A DNA stretch of 39,409 bases from an uncultured bacterium (GTDB lineage: Bacteria > Armatimonadota > Zipacnadia > Zipacnadales > VGFC01): contig CBFDAZ010000002.1 of assembly GCA_965602825.1 (NCBI GenBank), forward strand, positions 1-39,409, given 5' to 3'. The notes under the pieces were generated by a model. It was not told where the DNA came from. It worked only from the letters and a program-made list of their open reading frames with translations, and made no database searches. A program made the translations under genes and the position numbers. This document shows positions 8,402 to 16,375 of this stretch, in pieces; the first letter of the stretch is position 1, and each line of letters begins with the position of its first letter.

Positions 8402-9592
8402 GTGGCCAGGAAACCGAGAGAGACGCTCTTCCTGAACTCCAAGACGGCCAAGTCACTGAGTCTCTCGATCGCGGGCGAGAAGGCCGCTGTCGGGATCGAC
8501 CACGGAGGCACCAACCCGCGCGTCGGGTTTTTCCGCCGGGATGGTCGGCCGGTGCTCTGGATCAAAGGCCGCAGGAGCGCCCTGTCAGAGGGGTTGCGGT
8601 TGGAGCTGCCCACGTTCGAGACCATGCCCCGCGGCTGCAATGACCCGGCGGAGTTGCCCGAGATCACGGCCAAGCTCCTGGCCAGGCTGCTGGGGCCCCT
8701 GCTCCGCAAGTGGGGAGTCGACCGTCTGGGCTATTCCATGGCCGGGCCGGTGTCCCGCGAAGGGGTCCAGGTGAAGGCGCCTGCCATCTGGGGCCCCACC
8801 GTTACCAACGTCGAGTACCGCGCGATGCTCGAACGCGAGCTGGGCCTGAAAGACCGAGTCAAGCTCATCAACGACATGTCGGCCGCCGCCAACGACATCA
8901 TTGTGCGTGGTCCTCGTCAGAACCCTCACCTCGAGGTAGACAACTTCGTCGTCATCACCGTCAGCACCGGAGTCGGCAGCAAGGTCGTTGTCGATGGCGA
9001 GGTTGAGTTGGGCGTTGAGGGCCTGGCCGGTGAGATCGGGCACATGCCGATCTTGTGGCCCGATGAGATCATTCCCGGACGGCGCTGCGGCTGTGGAGGT
9101 CTGTATTGCCTGGAGGCCGGGGCCTCCGGCGCTGCGAACGCGTACCGGGCGAAGACGGAGGCGGATCGCCTGCTCCCCCTGGTGCCTGCGTCCCCTTCAT
9201 CGGCACTCATCAAGAAAATCGCCAGCATCAGCCTGGCGCCAGGCAAGGACCTCGATGACCGTGAGAAACAGGTGAATATCGCCGTTGTCCGGGCGGCGAA
9301 GCGGGGCGACCCGCTGGCGCTCTCCATTCTCCACGGGACCCTCAAGCCGCTTGCCCGCGCGATCGCTGCGCTCGAGTCGCAGCTCAACATCGGGAACTTC
9401 TACTTCGTCGGCGGTTTCGCTTTGGCGCTTGGCGACCTTCTACTGGGGATCATGCGCCAGCACTTGCTCGACGTCGGGATCATCGGCCGGTCCGCCGATG
9501 ATCTGATGCAGATCGGCCATCTGTACAACGTCAGGGGTCAGGACTGGGGCTTGCGCGGCGCAGCCCTGGCGGCTCACCGCGCCTTCCCCTAG
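8402..9592 (+). CDS. ROK-family sugar kinase or regulator-like protein
   Basis: GIDHGGTNPRVGF is the N-terminal ATP-binding loop. GEIGHMPI....CGCGGLYCLEAGASG is the ROK Zn-Cys signature. GTG start. Confidence 0.75.
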   Translation: MARKPRETLFLNSKTAKSLSLSIAGEKAAVGIDHGGTNPRVGFFRRDGRPVLWIKGRRSALSEGLRLELPTFETMPRGCNDPAELPEITAKLLARLLGPLLRKWGVDRLGYSMAGPVSREGVQVKAPAIWGPTVTNVEYRAMLERELGLKDRVKLINDMSAAANDIIVRGPRQNPHLEVDNFVVITVSTGVGSKVVVDGEVELGVEGLAGEIGHMPILWPDEIIPGRRCGCGGLYCLEAGASGAANAYRAKTEADRLLPLVPASPSSALIKKIASISLAPGKDLDDREKQVNIAVVRAAKRGDPLALSILHGTLKPLARAIAALESQLNIGNFYFVGGFALALGDLLLGIMRQHLLDVGIIGRSADDLMQIGHLYNVRGQDWGLRGAALAAHRAFP

Positions 9593-9812
9593 CCCGGCCT
9601 ATTCACGACCAACGTCGCGGGCGACCCGCTCTTTTGAAGAAGAGCCGGTTCCCCGCGCCCTTCCGGCAGAAAACTCTGTTCAGCAGTCGCTGTGCGCCAT
9701 TGAGCACACTGTGGCGCTGGTCGCCCCATGCTCGGACTACGCAGACAGGTCGGTAACGGCCTCCGCGATCCTGTTGGGCGCTCTGGCCGCAGTGCGTCCT
9801 GAATGATGCGGG
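9593..9812 (+). mobile_element. MITE-like non-autonomous element, copy A
   Basis: Gapless alignment to the reverse complement of 35388-35607; I counted 173/228 identical positions including flanks. Imperfect terminal inverted repeats cccggcctattcacgacc and cgtcctgaatgatgcggg. Flanked by CTAG (9589-9592) and a degenerate CCAG (9813-9816). Confidence 0.7.
9617..9635 (+). terminator. Rho-independent terminator-like hairpin carried inside MITE copy A
   Basis: GCGGG-cga-CCCGC followed by TCTTTT, 25 nt after the ROK stop codon. The stem is only 5 bp. Confidence 0.45.
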
Positions 9813-9869
9813 CCAGTAGACAACGCCAAGCGTCTCCCGAGGCGCTCTGATCCGCGCCACCCAGATTCG

Positions 9870-11495
9870 ATGACGACCACGGGAGCACTCCTATCCCTCG
9901 TTGTGCTGGTACCTCACGTGCCGTGCACAGCAGAGGAGTCCATCTCCCTGTGGCCGGAGCCACCACCTCCGCCCCTTCAGGTTGAGCTGCGTCTCCCGGA
10001 GGCCGACCCGTTCCCGGATGACGCCCAGCCCACCAGCGCGCTCCAGGAAGCACTCACGCCCGCTCTCCCCGTTGAGGCCCGGCAACCGGCCCCGTTCGCC
10101 GAGCCCGACCGCGGGTGGGTGCTTCATGAGGCGGCAAAGGCAGTGCCGCGGCCGCCGACACTGGCGGAGCAGGGGGGCGCTGACATCGACTACTGCCCAA
10201 GCTTCCTGCCGGAGCTGTACCCGGAGCGCAACCTGGCCCAGCACTGTGGTAACGAGCTTCTCTCCTCACCGTTCCTGGCCCAGGGGGAGGCGGGCCGCAA
10301 CTTCTTCAACGTAGCCTGGGAAGAGGTTGAGAGGATGCACGACAGCGACGAGGAGCTTCTCCTGAAGCTGGCCCTCGCCGGCGTCTACTACTGGCGGCAC
10401 CGCTGCTGTCCCTCGGCGTTGGATGGCGCCTTCCGCGTGTTGTTGTCCGAGAAGCGGACCGGTCTCTCAGCGGCGTTTGTCGATTCAGTCGTACCTCTCC
10501 TACTGGATGCCCTGCCGGCGCAGCTGACCGGCATCCCGCCCGAGATCGAGGATGCTGTAGCGATCGATCTGAGAGTCTCAACCACCAGCACCTACAAGTC
10601 TGTAGTGGACATCGAGAAGCTCCTGAGGGAAGCCGCTGCACGCGACCTGAACGGGATCGCGGTCACCGACCTGGATCATCTCGAGGGTGTGCGAGAGGTG
10701 GAAACGGTCGCGCAGAGGCTGAAGGTTGAGGGCGTGCTCCCGCCGGACTTCCTGGTGATCCCCGGCGAGGAGGTCTACACCCTGTCCGGCCCGCTGCTGG
10801 GCCTCTTCATCGAGGATCGGGTTCAGCGTGGCATGACGATGAAGGCGGCGATCGGCGACATCCACCGTCAGGGAGGTATCGCCATCCTGGCCGATCCCGG
10901 TACCGGCAGCGGGACGAAGCTGGTGCAGACCATGGATGTCGATGGGTACCTCTTGCGCACCCAGCCCGACAGTGCGTTCCGCACGCTGCTTCTGATGGAG
11001 GAACTGGGCCTTGAGGGCAAGCCCCTGTTGACTGCCAGTGGCGCCCGGTCGCACGCCGGCGTGGGCCTGCCCTACTCGGTGGTAGAGACGACCGATGGGT
11101 CGCCGGGAGCGGTACGGCAAGCTCTGAGGGCCGGCTCGGCGTACGGCGCGACCAGCCTGCACCTGCCGATCTTCGCTGCCGTCGTCTTCGCGCCCCTGGT
11201 TCCCTACGAGAAGGCCCTGGCGTCCTGGTTCACGGCAAGGCACACGGTGGAGAGGAAGGTGGCGGAGTGGATGGGCGCAGACAACGTGGAAATCCGTACG
11301 TCCTACGACGACGAACTGTCGGCGCTGTTGGGCCTGGTGCAGGCCCCCACAGCCATCGGCAACCTGATCAACGGCAACTCACCCCTGCAGCGCCTGCCGA
11401 GCCTGACCCGTGTGTCGGCCGACTACTCCTACATACGCATCGAGTACAGGCACGATGAGCGCACGGTGATGGTGATGGGAGCCGTGAGGTGGTGA
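9870..11495 (+). CDS. Secreted protein with a degenerate PHP (polymerase/histidinol-phosphatase-like) domain
   Basis: Signal-like N-terminus. IDLRVSTTSTYKSVVDIEKLLREAAARDLNGIAVTDLDHLEG aligns to the PHP consensus iDLHvHTxxSxDg...GldxiAiTDH, and GGIAILADPG aligns to GGlxxiAHP. The metal-binding His residues are replaced. Confidence 0.5.
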   Translation: MTTTGALLSLVVLVPHVPCTAEESISLWPEPPPPPLQVELRLPEADPFPDDAQPTSALQEALTPALPVEARQPAPFAEPDRGWVLHEAAKAVPRPPTLAEQGGADIDYCPSFLPELYPERNLAQHCGNELLSSPFLAQGEAGRNFFNVAWEEVERMHDSDEELLLKLALAGVYYWRHRCCPSALDGAFRVLLSEKRTGLSAAFVDSVVPLLLDALPAQLTGIPPEIEDAVAIDLRVSTTSTYKSVVDIEKLLREAAARDLNGIAVTDLDHLEGVREVETVAQRLKVEGVLPPDFLVIPGEEVYTLSGPLLGLFIEDRVQRGMTMKAAIGDIHRQGGIAILADPGTGSGTKLVQTMDVDGYLLRTQPDSAFRTLLLMEELGLEGKPLLTASGARSHAGVGLPYSVVETTDGSPGAVRQALRAGSAYGATSLHLPIFAAVVFAPLVPYEKALASWFTARHTVERKVAEWMGADNVEIRTSYDDELSALLGLVQAPTAIGNLINGNSPLQRLPSLTRVSADYSYIRIEYRHDERTVMVMGAVRW

Positions 11496-11498
11496 GCT

Positions 11499-12158
11499 TC
11501 AGCCGGCGGCTCGGAGCTGGGCAATGCCGGCGGCCAGGCCGTCGGGGTGCCCGAAGATGGCTGTCCCGGCCACCAGCACATCCGCCCCGGCGGCAACCAC
11601 CCCGGAGGCTGTCTGGGCGTTGATCCCGCCGTCCACTTCCAGGCGGATCTTGTGCCCCGATGCGTGGATCATCTCGCGTACGGTCCGTAGGCGGTCCACA
11701 GCGGTTTCGATGAAGGACTGCCCACCGAAGCCGGGGTCCACACTCATGATGAGCACGAGGTCCAGCTCGGGCAGCAGAGCATCCAGGACCGATAGAGGTG
11801 TAGCCGGGCAGAGCGCCATGCCGGCTTTGGCTCCGGCGTCCCGGATGCGGCGCAAGGCGCGGTGGGGCGCTCGAGTGGCCTCGTACTGGATCGTGAGGCC
11901 GTTGGCGCCCGCTCCCACGAAGTCGCGGACATAGAAGTCCGGCCTCTCGACCATCAGATGGACATCGTAGAAGAGGTCGGTCTCCGGACGGAGGCCAGCC
12001 ACCACCGGGCTGCCGAAGGTCAGGTTCGGCACGAAGTGGCCGTCCATCACATCGAAGTGCAGCCAGTCGGCCCCCGCTTCGGCCAGGGCACGCGCGTCAC
12101 GAGCGAGATGGCCGAAGTGAGCGGACAGCAGACTCGGCGCTATCAGCGTCGTCGCCAC
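11499..12158 (-). CDS. rpe: Ribulose-phosphate 3-epimerase
   Basis: IAPSLLSAHFGHLARDARALAEAGADWLHFDVMDGHFVPNLTFG and MSVDPGFGGQSFI are classic Rpe motifs. Full length, 219 aa. Confidence 0.9.
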   Translation of the reverse strand: MATTLIAPSLLSAHFGHLARDARALAEAGADWLHFDVMDGHFVPNLTFGSPVVAGLRPETDLFYDVHLMVERPDFYVRDFVGAGANGLTIQYEATRAPHRALRRIRDAGAKAGMALCPATPLSVLDALLPELDLVLIMSVDPGFGGQSFIETAVDRLRTVREMIHASGHKIRLEVDGGINAQTASGVVAAGADVLVAGTAIFGHPDGLAAGIAQLRAAG

Positions 12159-12185
12159 CCCCCGCAGTGTGGCAGAGGCCTTCAG

Positions 12186-12347
12186 TCACCGTTTGCGGTA
12201 GTCTTCACAGACGGTCGCGTTCGGTCGCTCCGGGTGTCGGCACGAGCGCGGATGGTCGTACCTACAGGAGTCGCACAGAAACCTGCCCGGGGCGAACGCG
12301 GCGCGCAGTCGCGCAGTAAGCTTGCGCCACCAGTCAGCGACGCCCAT
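12186..12347 (-). CDS. Small Cys-rich protein (53 aa), possible zinc-binding
   Basis: MGVADWWRKLTARLRAAFAPGRFLCDSCRYDHPRSCRHPERPNATVCEDYRKR has four Cys (CxxC...C...C). ATG 12347 overlaps the sigma-GGDEF stop by 14 nt. The track start at 12410 would overlap far more. Confidence 0.4.
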   Translation of the reverse strand: MGVADWWRKLTARLRAAFAPGRFLCDSCRYDHPRSCRHPERPNATVCEDYRKR

Positions 12348-13881
12348 CGCTCGCCCGTTTCCCTCCCCGGTAGGCAGCCGGACGCCCGGCACTTGGCTTT
12401 CTCTTGTCACGGATCGAGTAGATGCAGTTTCCGCCGGCGGCTTTCGCCATGTGCAGGCTCTCGAGGGCGGTCTCGATCAGTTCATCCTTCGAGTCGCCGT
12501 CGAGCGGGTACGTGGCGATGCCGATACTGACCGAAGGCGTCAGCTTCCCGGTACGGGTCCTTATCTCGAGCTGTGATATGGCCCGCATGAAGCGGTGAGC
12601 TGCTCCGCGTTTGCCGCGTTCGCCCGTGTGAGGCAGCATCATTACGAACGTTCCGCCAGCGTACCTGGAGGCGACGTCCACCTTGCGCAACCGGTTCCGC
12701 AGCAGGTTCCCCAACTCCGCCAACAGCAGATCGCCTTGCGCGAATCCGTGAGTCTCGTTGATCTCCCCCAACCGGTCGACGTCAATTGCCAGCACGGTTA
12801 TCTCGTGACCGTAGCGGGAGGCACGCAGGATCTCCTCCTCGGTCCGTTCACGCAGCGCCTTCGCGGAGAAGAGCTTCGTCAGCGGGTCAATGGGGCTGGT
12901 TGTCTCGCGGAGTGTCGATCGCTCCGCCTGGGCGGCCGTCTTGCTCCGCAGGTGGTTCTCTTTGACCTCCTCGGAAGCGAGGATCTGCCGCAGACGGCTC
13001 AGAGCGTTCCGCAGGATATGGGAGACGTAGTTGCAGGAGATGTTGAGCTGGTTGGCCACTTCGGTTTGAGTCAGCCCGCGGTAGTAGAGCGCATAGACCA
13101 CCCAACGCTCAATCCGTTTCAGCTTCTTGATGGCCTCGCGGAGGACCAGTTTCTCCTCGACCGGCAGGGCGGCGCCCTCGGCCCGCAGGGCCTGGATTCG
13201 CTTGCGATCCAGCGGGACATCATCGCCCTGTCCCGCCCGTGCATCGGGAGAGTCAAGGGAACCGACACGGAAGATGTTGCTCGTGCGGTGGACCTCCTGC
13301 ACCTCGTGCTCCGTGATGCCGACCTCGACAGCGATTTCGCTGACGGTGGGTTGGCGGTTGAGCTCCTGTCGCAGCCCCTCCGTCGCTCGAGCCAGTTTTC
13401 GCCGCCGCTCGTGCAGCCAACCCGGCTGGCGGATGACTGAGGTCCGGTCCCGCAGGTAGTGACGTATCTGGCCGCTGATCTTGTGGGTGGCGTAGGTTGA
13501 GAACTTGATCCCGAGGCTCGGATCGAACGAGTCAACGGCTTTGACAAGGCCGATGTAGGCTTCCTGGGTTACGTCCTCGAAGGGTTCGCCTGAGGCCAGG
13601 AAGTTGCGCGCGACCTTCTCCGCCAGCTTGGCGTGCTGTCGGATGAGCTCTTCCCGAGCTTCCTCGTCCTGGGTCCGAGCGAACTCAGCGAACAGTGCCT
13701 CGACTGATCGGGTTTGCTCGGAGGAGGAGTTGGCAGCGCGTCTTGTGGTCAACGACTTCCCCGCACGCCCGCGGGCGGCGCGAGCTCTGCGCCCCGTACG
13801 GGCTGACGATCCGGCAGCACATCTGTCCCAGCGAGCTTCCACGGCAGCGCCCATGTGTCCTTCCCCCCGTTGATTGGACAC
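12334..13881 (-). CDS. SigB/F/G-type sigma-70 family factor fused to a C-terminal degenerate GGDEF domain
   Basis: Region 2 is EAYIGLVKAVDSFDPSLGIKFSTYATHKISGQIRHYLRD. Region 4 is LTQTEVANQLNISCNYVSHILRNALSRLRQ. Then DPLTKL...VLAIDVDRLGEINETHGFAQGD...RKVDVASRYAGGTFVMMLP...SVSIGIATYP...HMAKAAGGNCI is a GGDEF fold with AGGTF replacing GG(D/E)EF and RxxD retained. Confidence 0.8.
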   Translation of the reverse strand: MSNQRGEGHMGAAVEARWDRCAAGSSARTGRRARAARGRAGKSLTTRRAANSSSEQTRSVEALFAEFARTQDEEAREELIRQHAKLAEKVARNFLASGEPFEDVTQEAYIGLVKAVDSFDPSLGIKFSTYATHKISGQIRHYLRDRTSVIRQPGWLHERRRKLARATEGLRQELNRQPTVSEIAVEVGITEHEVQEVHRTSNIFRVGSLDSPDARAGQGDDVPLDRKRIQALRAEGAALPVEEKLVLREAIKKLKRIERWVVYALYYRGLTQTEVANQLNISCNYVSHILRNALSRLRQILASEEVKENHLRSKTAAQAERSTLRETTSPIDPLTKLFSAKALRERTEEEILRASRYGHEITVLAIDVDRLGEINETHGFAQGDLLLAELGNLLRNRLRKVDVASRYAGGTFVMMLPHTGERGKRGAAHRFMRAISQLEIRTRTGKLTPSVSIGIATYPLDGDSKDELIETALESLHMAKAAGGNCIYSIRDKRKPSAGRPAAYRGGKRASDGRR

Positions 13882-13924
13882 GCAGATCTCTCCGTTCAGA
13901 CGACCGGCTCATACCGCCTTGCCC

Positions 13925-15142
13925 TCAGAACTTGCCAGCGCTCGCCTGCCCCACAAGGTCATATATCGGCGAGATGACCGATACAGCGACGAAGCCGACG
14001 AGGAGACCCAGGACCACGATGAGGACCGGCTCAATGATGGATGTCATGGCCTTTATCGCGGCGTCGACTTCGGTCTCGTAGAAGTCGGCGACCTTCAGCA
14101 GCATCTCATCGACCTTACCGGTCTCTTCTCCGACAGCGATCATCTGCACGACCATGTCGGGGAACACTCCGTCGGCGCCAAGCGGAGCCGACAGCCGGTC
14201 GCCCTTCATGACATGGTCCTTGGCCGTGAGAATCGTGCGCTCGATGACTGCATTGCCCGAGGTAGAGGCCACGATCTCCAGCCCGAGCGGCGTCTTGATC
14301 CCGCTCTTCATCAGGGTCGCCAACGTGCGAGCGAACCGCGCGATGGACAGCTTGCGGATCAGGTCGCCGAACAGCGGGGTCTTGAGCTTCAGACTGTCGA
14401 TTTGTATCCGCCCCGCAGGGGTCTTGGCGTAGAGTTTGTAGCCGAACACGGTGCCGAAGATCACCAGAGGCGGTACGTAGAAGTACCGGACTGCATTCGA
14501 GCTCGCATTCAGCAGGAGCTTGGTGGTGATCGGCAGGTCTACACCCAGGTCGGTGAAGATGGTCTTGAACTTGGGAAGGATGAAGAATACCAGGATGGCC
14601 GTCATCAGGAGGGAGAACCCCATGACGATCGACGGGTAGACCATTGCGGACTTGACTTTGGTCCTGGTATCCATGTCCTTTTCCAGGTAGGACGCCAGGC
14701 GGTTGAGGACCTGATCCAGGACACCACCGGTCTCCGCCGCCCTGATCATGCTGACGTAGAGCTTCGAGAAGGCACCGGGGTGCTTGCCCATCGCCTGGCT
14801 CAACGTCTGGCCGGCCTGCACGTCCGCTTGCACGGCAGCGATGATCTTGGCCAGCCGTGCATCGCGAACCTGGCCGCGCAGGATGTCCAGGCACTTCATG
14901 AGGTTCATCCCGGCGTTGATCATCGCTGCGAACTGGCGACTGAACACCGTCAGCTCGCGGAGCTTGACCCGGCCGCCCATGAACCGGCGTCTCCCCGCAT
15001 GCTCGGGTGCGGCCGACAGTTCGGTGACCACCAGCCCCCGCTCGCGCAGCAACTGCTGGGCGGCCTGAGGAGAACCGGCGTCGATCACGCCCTGCGATTG
15101 GCCCCCTTCGGGATCCACAGCCACGTAGCTATAGTTCGGCAC
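13925..15142 (-). CDS. pilC: Type IV pilus platform protein PilC (GspF family)
   Basis: Two GspF repeats with three TM segments. FSRQFAAMINAGMNLMKCLDIL and FARTLATLMKSGIKTPLGLEIV are the characteristic duplicated motifs. Confidence 0.9.
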   Translation of the reverse strand: MPNYSYVAVDPEGGQSQGVIDAGSPQAAQQLLRERGLVVTELSAAPEHAGRRRFMGGRVKLRELTVFSRQFAAMINAGMNLMKCLDILRGQVRDARLAKIIAAVQADVQAGQTLSQAMGKHPGAFSKLYVSMIRAAETGGVLDQVLNRLASYLEKDMDTRTKVKSAMVYPSIVMGFSLLMTAILVFFILPKFKTIFTDLGVDLPITTKLLLNASSNAVRYFYVPPLVIFGTVFGYKLYAKTPAGRIQIDSLKLKTPLFGDLIRKLSIARFARTLATLMKSGIKTPLGLEIVASTSGNAVIERTILTAKDHVMKGDRLSAPLGADGVFPDMVVQMIAVGEETGKVDEMLLKVADFYETEVDAAIKAMTSIIEPVLIVVLGLLVGFVAVSVISPIYDLVGQASAGKF

Positions 15143-15190
15143 AGCGAATCTCCCCTATCGGACAATCCCGCGGATTCAGCACGGCTTTCA

Positions 15191-16363
15191 CTACATGTGC
15201 TCGTATCTGGCCATCAGCAGGCGCTGGAAATTCTCGGGATCGAGCGCGCGTGTGACGGCCTCCTCGTGAGTGATGACGCCTTGGGCCACCAGATCGACGA
15301 GGGCCCCGTCCATTGTCTGCATCCCGTACTGCGTGCTGGTTTCGATGACAGTCGGGATCTGGTGTGTCTTCGCTTCGCGGATGAGGTTGCGGACGGCCGA
15401 GGTCGCCAGCAGCACCTCCAGTGCCGGCACTCGCCCCTTGCCATTGGCCCGGGGCAGGAGTTGCTGAGTGATGATGGCCTCCAGGCAGTTGGCCAGCAGG
15501 ACACGAACCTGCTCCTGCTGGTGGGGCGGGAACACGTCAACGATGCGGTCGATGGTCTGTGGGGCGCTTCGGGTGTGGAGTGTCCCGAACACCAGGTGCC
15601 CCGTCTCGGACACCGTCAGTGCGGCCTCCACCGTCTCCAGGTCTCGCAGCTCGCCCACGAGTACGACGTCAGGGTCCTCTCGCAGGACGCTGCGCAGGGC
15701 GGCCGCGAATGAGAACACATCGCTGCCCAGCTCGCGCTGGTTGATCATCGAGCGGCCGTGGCCATGGATGTACTCAATGGGATCCTCGATGGTCAGGATG
15801 TGGCAGGACCGGTTCTTGTTGATGTGGTCGATCATGCAAGCCAGCGTTGTTGATTTGCCAACGCCGGTCTGTCCCGTGACAAGCACCAGCCCGCTGGTGC
15901 GGCGCGTGATGTCGTGAGTTATCGGCGGCAGGTTGAGCTGCTGCAGCGTTGGCACCTCAGTGGGGATCGCGCGAAGAGCGGCGGCGACGCTGGTCCGCTG
16001 CATGTAGACATTGACCCGGAACCGCCCCAGCCCCCACACGCCATGCGACAGGTCCAGCTCGTGCTCCCTCTCAAATGCCTCAATCTGGCGGTCGGTGAGG
16101 ATGTCGTAGACGAGCCGTTGCGTGTCTATCGGCTCCAGCCGCTCAAAGGGCAGCGTGTGGAGCCGGCCGTCGATCCTCACGACCGGAGGCAGGTTGGTCG
16201 TGAGGTGCAGATCCGACGCGCCGGACTGCACCGTCATCTCGCATAGTTCGTCAAGCGTGATCGAGGAGACGCTGGCCAGTTGTTCCTCTGTTGCCACGGG
16301 TGTCAACTGGCCTTCCGGGGTGCCGCTCGCGCCTTGTACGGGCTGCTCGAAGACTGCGCTCAC
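15191..16363 (-). CDS. pilT: Twitching-motility retraction ATPase PilT
   Basis: Walker A GQTGVGKSTTLA. Asp/His boxes ILTIEDPIEY and LVFGTLHT. PilT-specific AVRNLIREAKTHQI. About 35 aa of N-terminal extension relative to typical PilT. Confidence 0.9.
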   Translation of the reverse strand: MSAVFEQPVQGASGTPEGQLTPVATEEQLASVSSITLDELCEMTVQSGASDLHLTTNLPPVVRIDGRLHTLPFERLEPIDTQRLVYDILTDRQIEAFEREHELDLSHGVWGLGRFRVNVYMQRTSVAAALRAIPTEVPTLQQLNLPPITHDITRRTSGLVLVTGQTGVGKSTTLACMIDHINKNRSCHILTIEDPIEYIHGHGRSMINQRELGSDVFSFAAALRSVLREDPDVVLVGELRDLETVEAALTVSETGHLVFGTLHTRSAPQTIDRIVDVFPPHQQEQVRVLLANCLEAIITQQLLPRANGKGRVPALEVLLATSAVRNLIREAKTHQIPTVIETSTQYGMQTMDGALVDLVAQGVITHEEAVTRALDPENFQRLLMARYEHM

Positions 16364-16375
16364 GTTTCATGACCT

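Noticed and set aside
9593-9812. The two 220-nt homologous intergenic elements interpreted as a structured ncRNA gene (6S-like, riboswitch or 3'UTR sRNA)
   Set aside because: I tested candidate helices by hand. Only one short closing helix (positions 8-13 with 208-213) shows compatible substitutions, and other candidate stems are not maintained in both copies. Terminal inverted repeats plus CTAG flanks fit a MITE better. This is not fully excluded, and Rfam or covariation analysis with more copies would decide it.
11493-11501. Convergent stop codons 3 bp apart (PHP-like gene and rpe) as a special regulatory site
   Set aside because: This is a real feature of the sequence and marks the single strand switch in the window. 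However, I found no hairpin or repeat there, so there is nothing beyond tight convergent packing.
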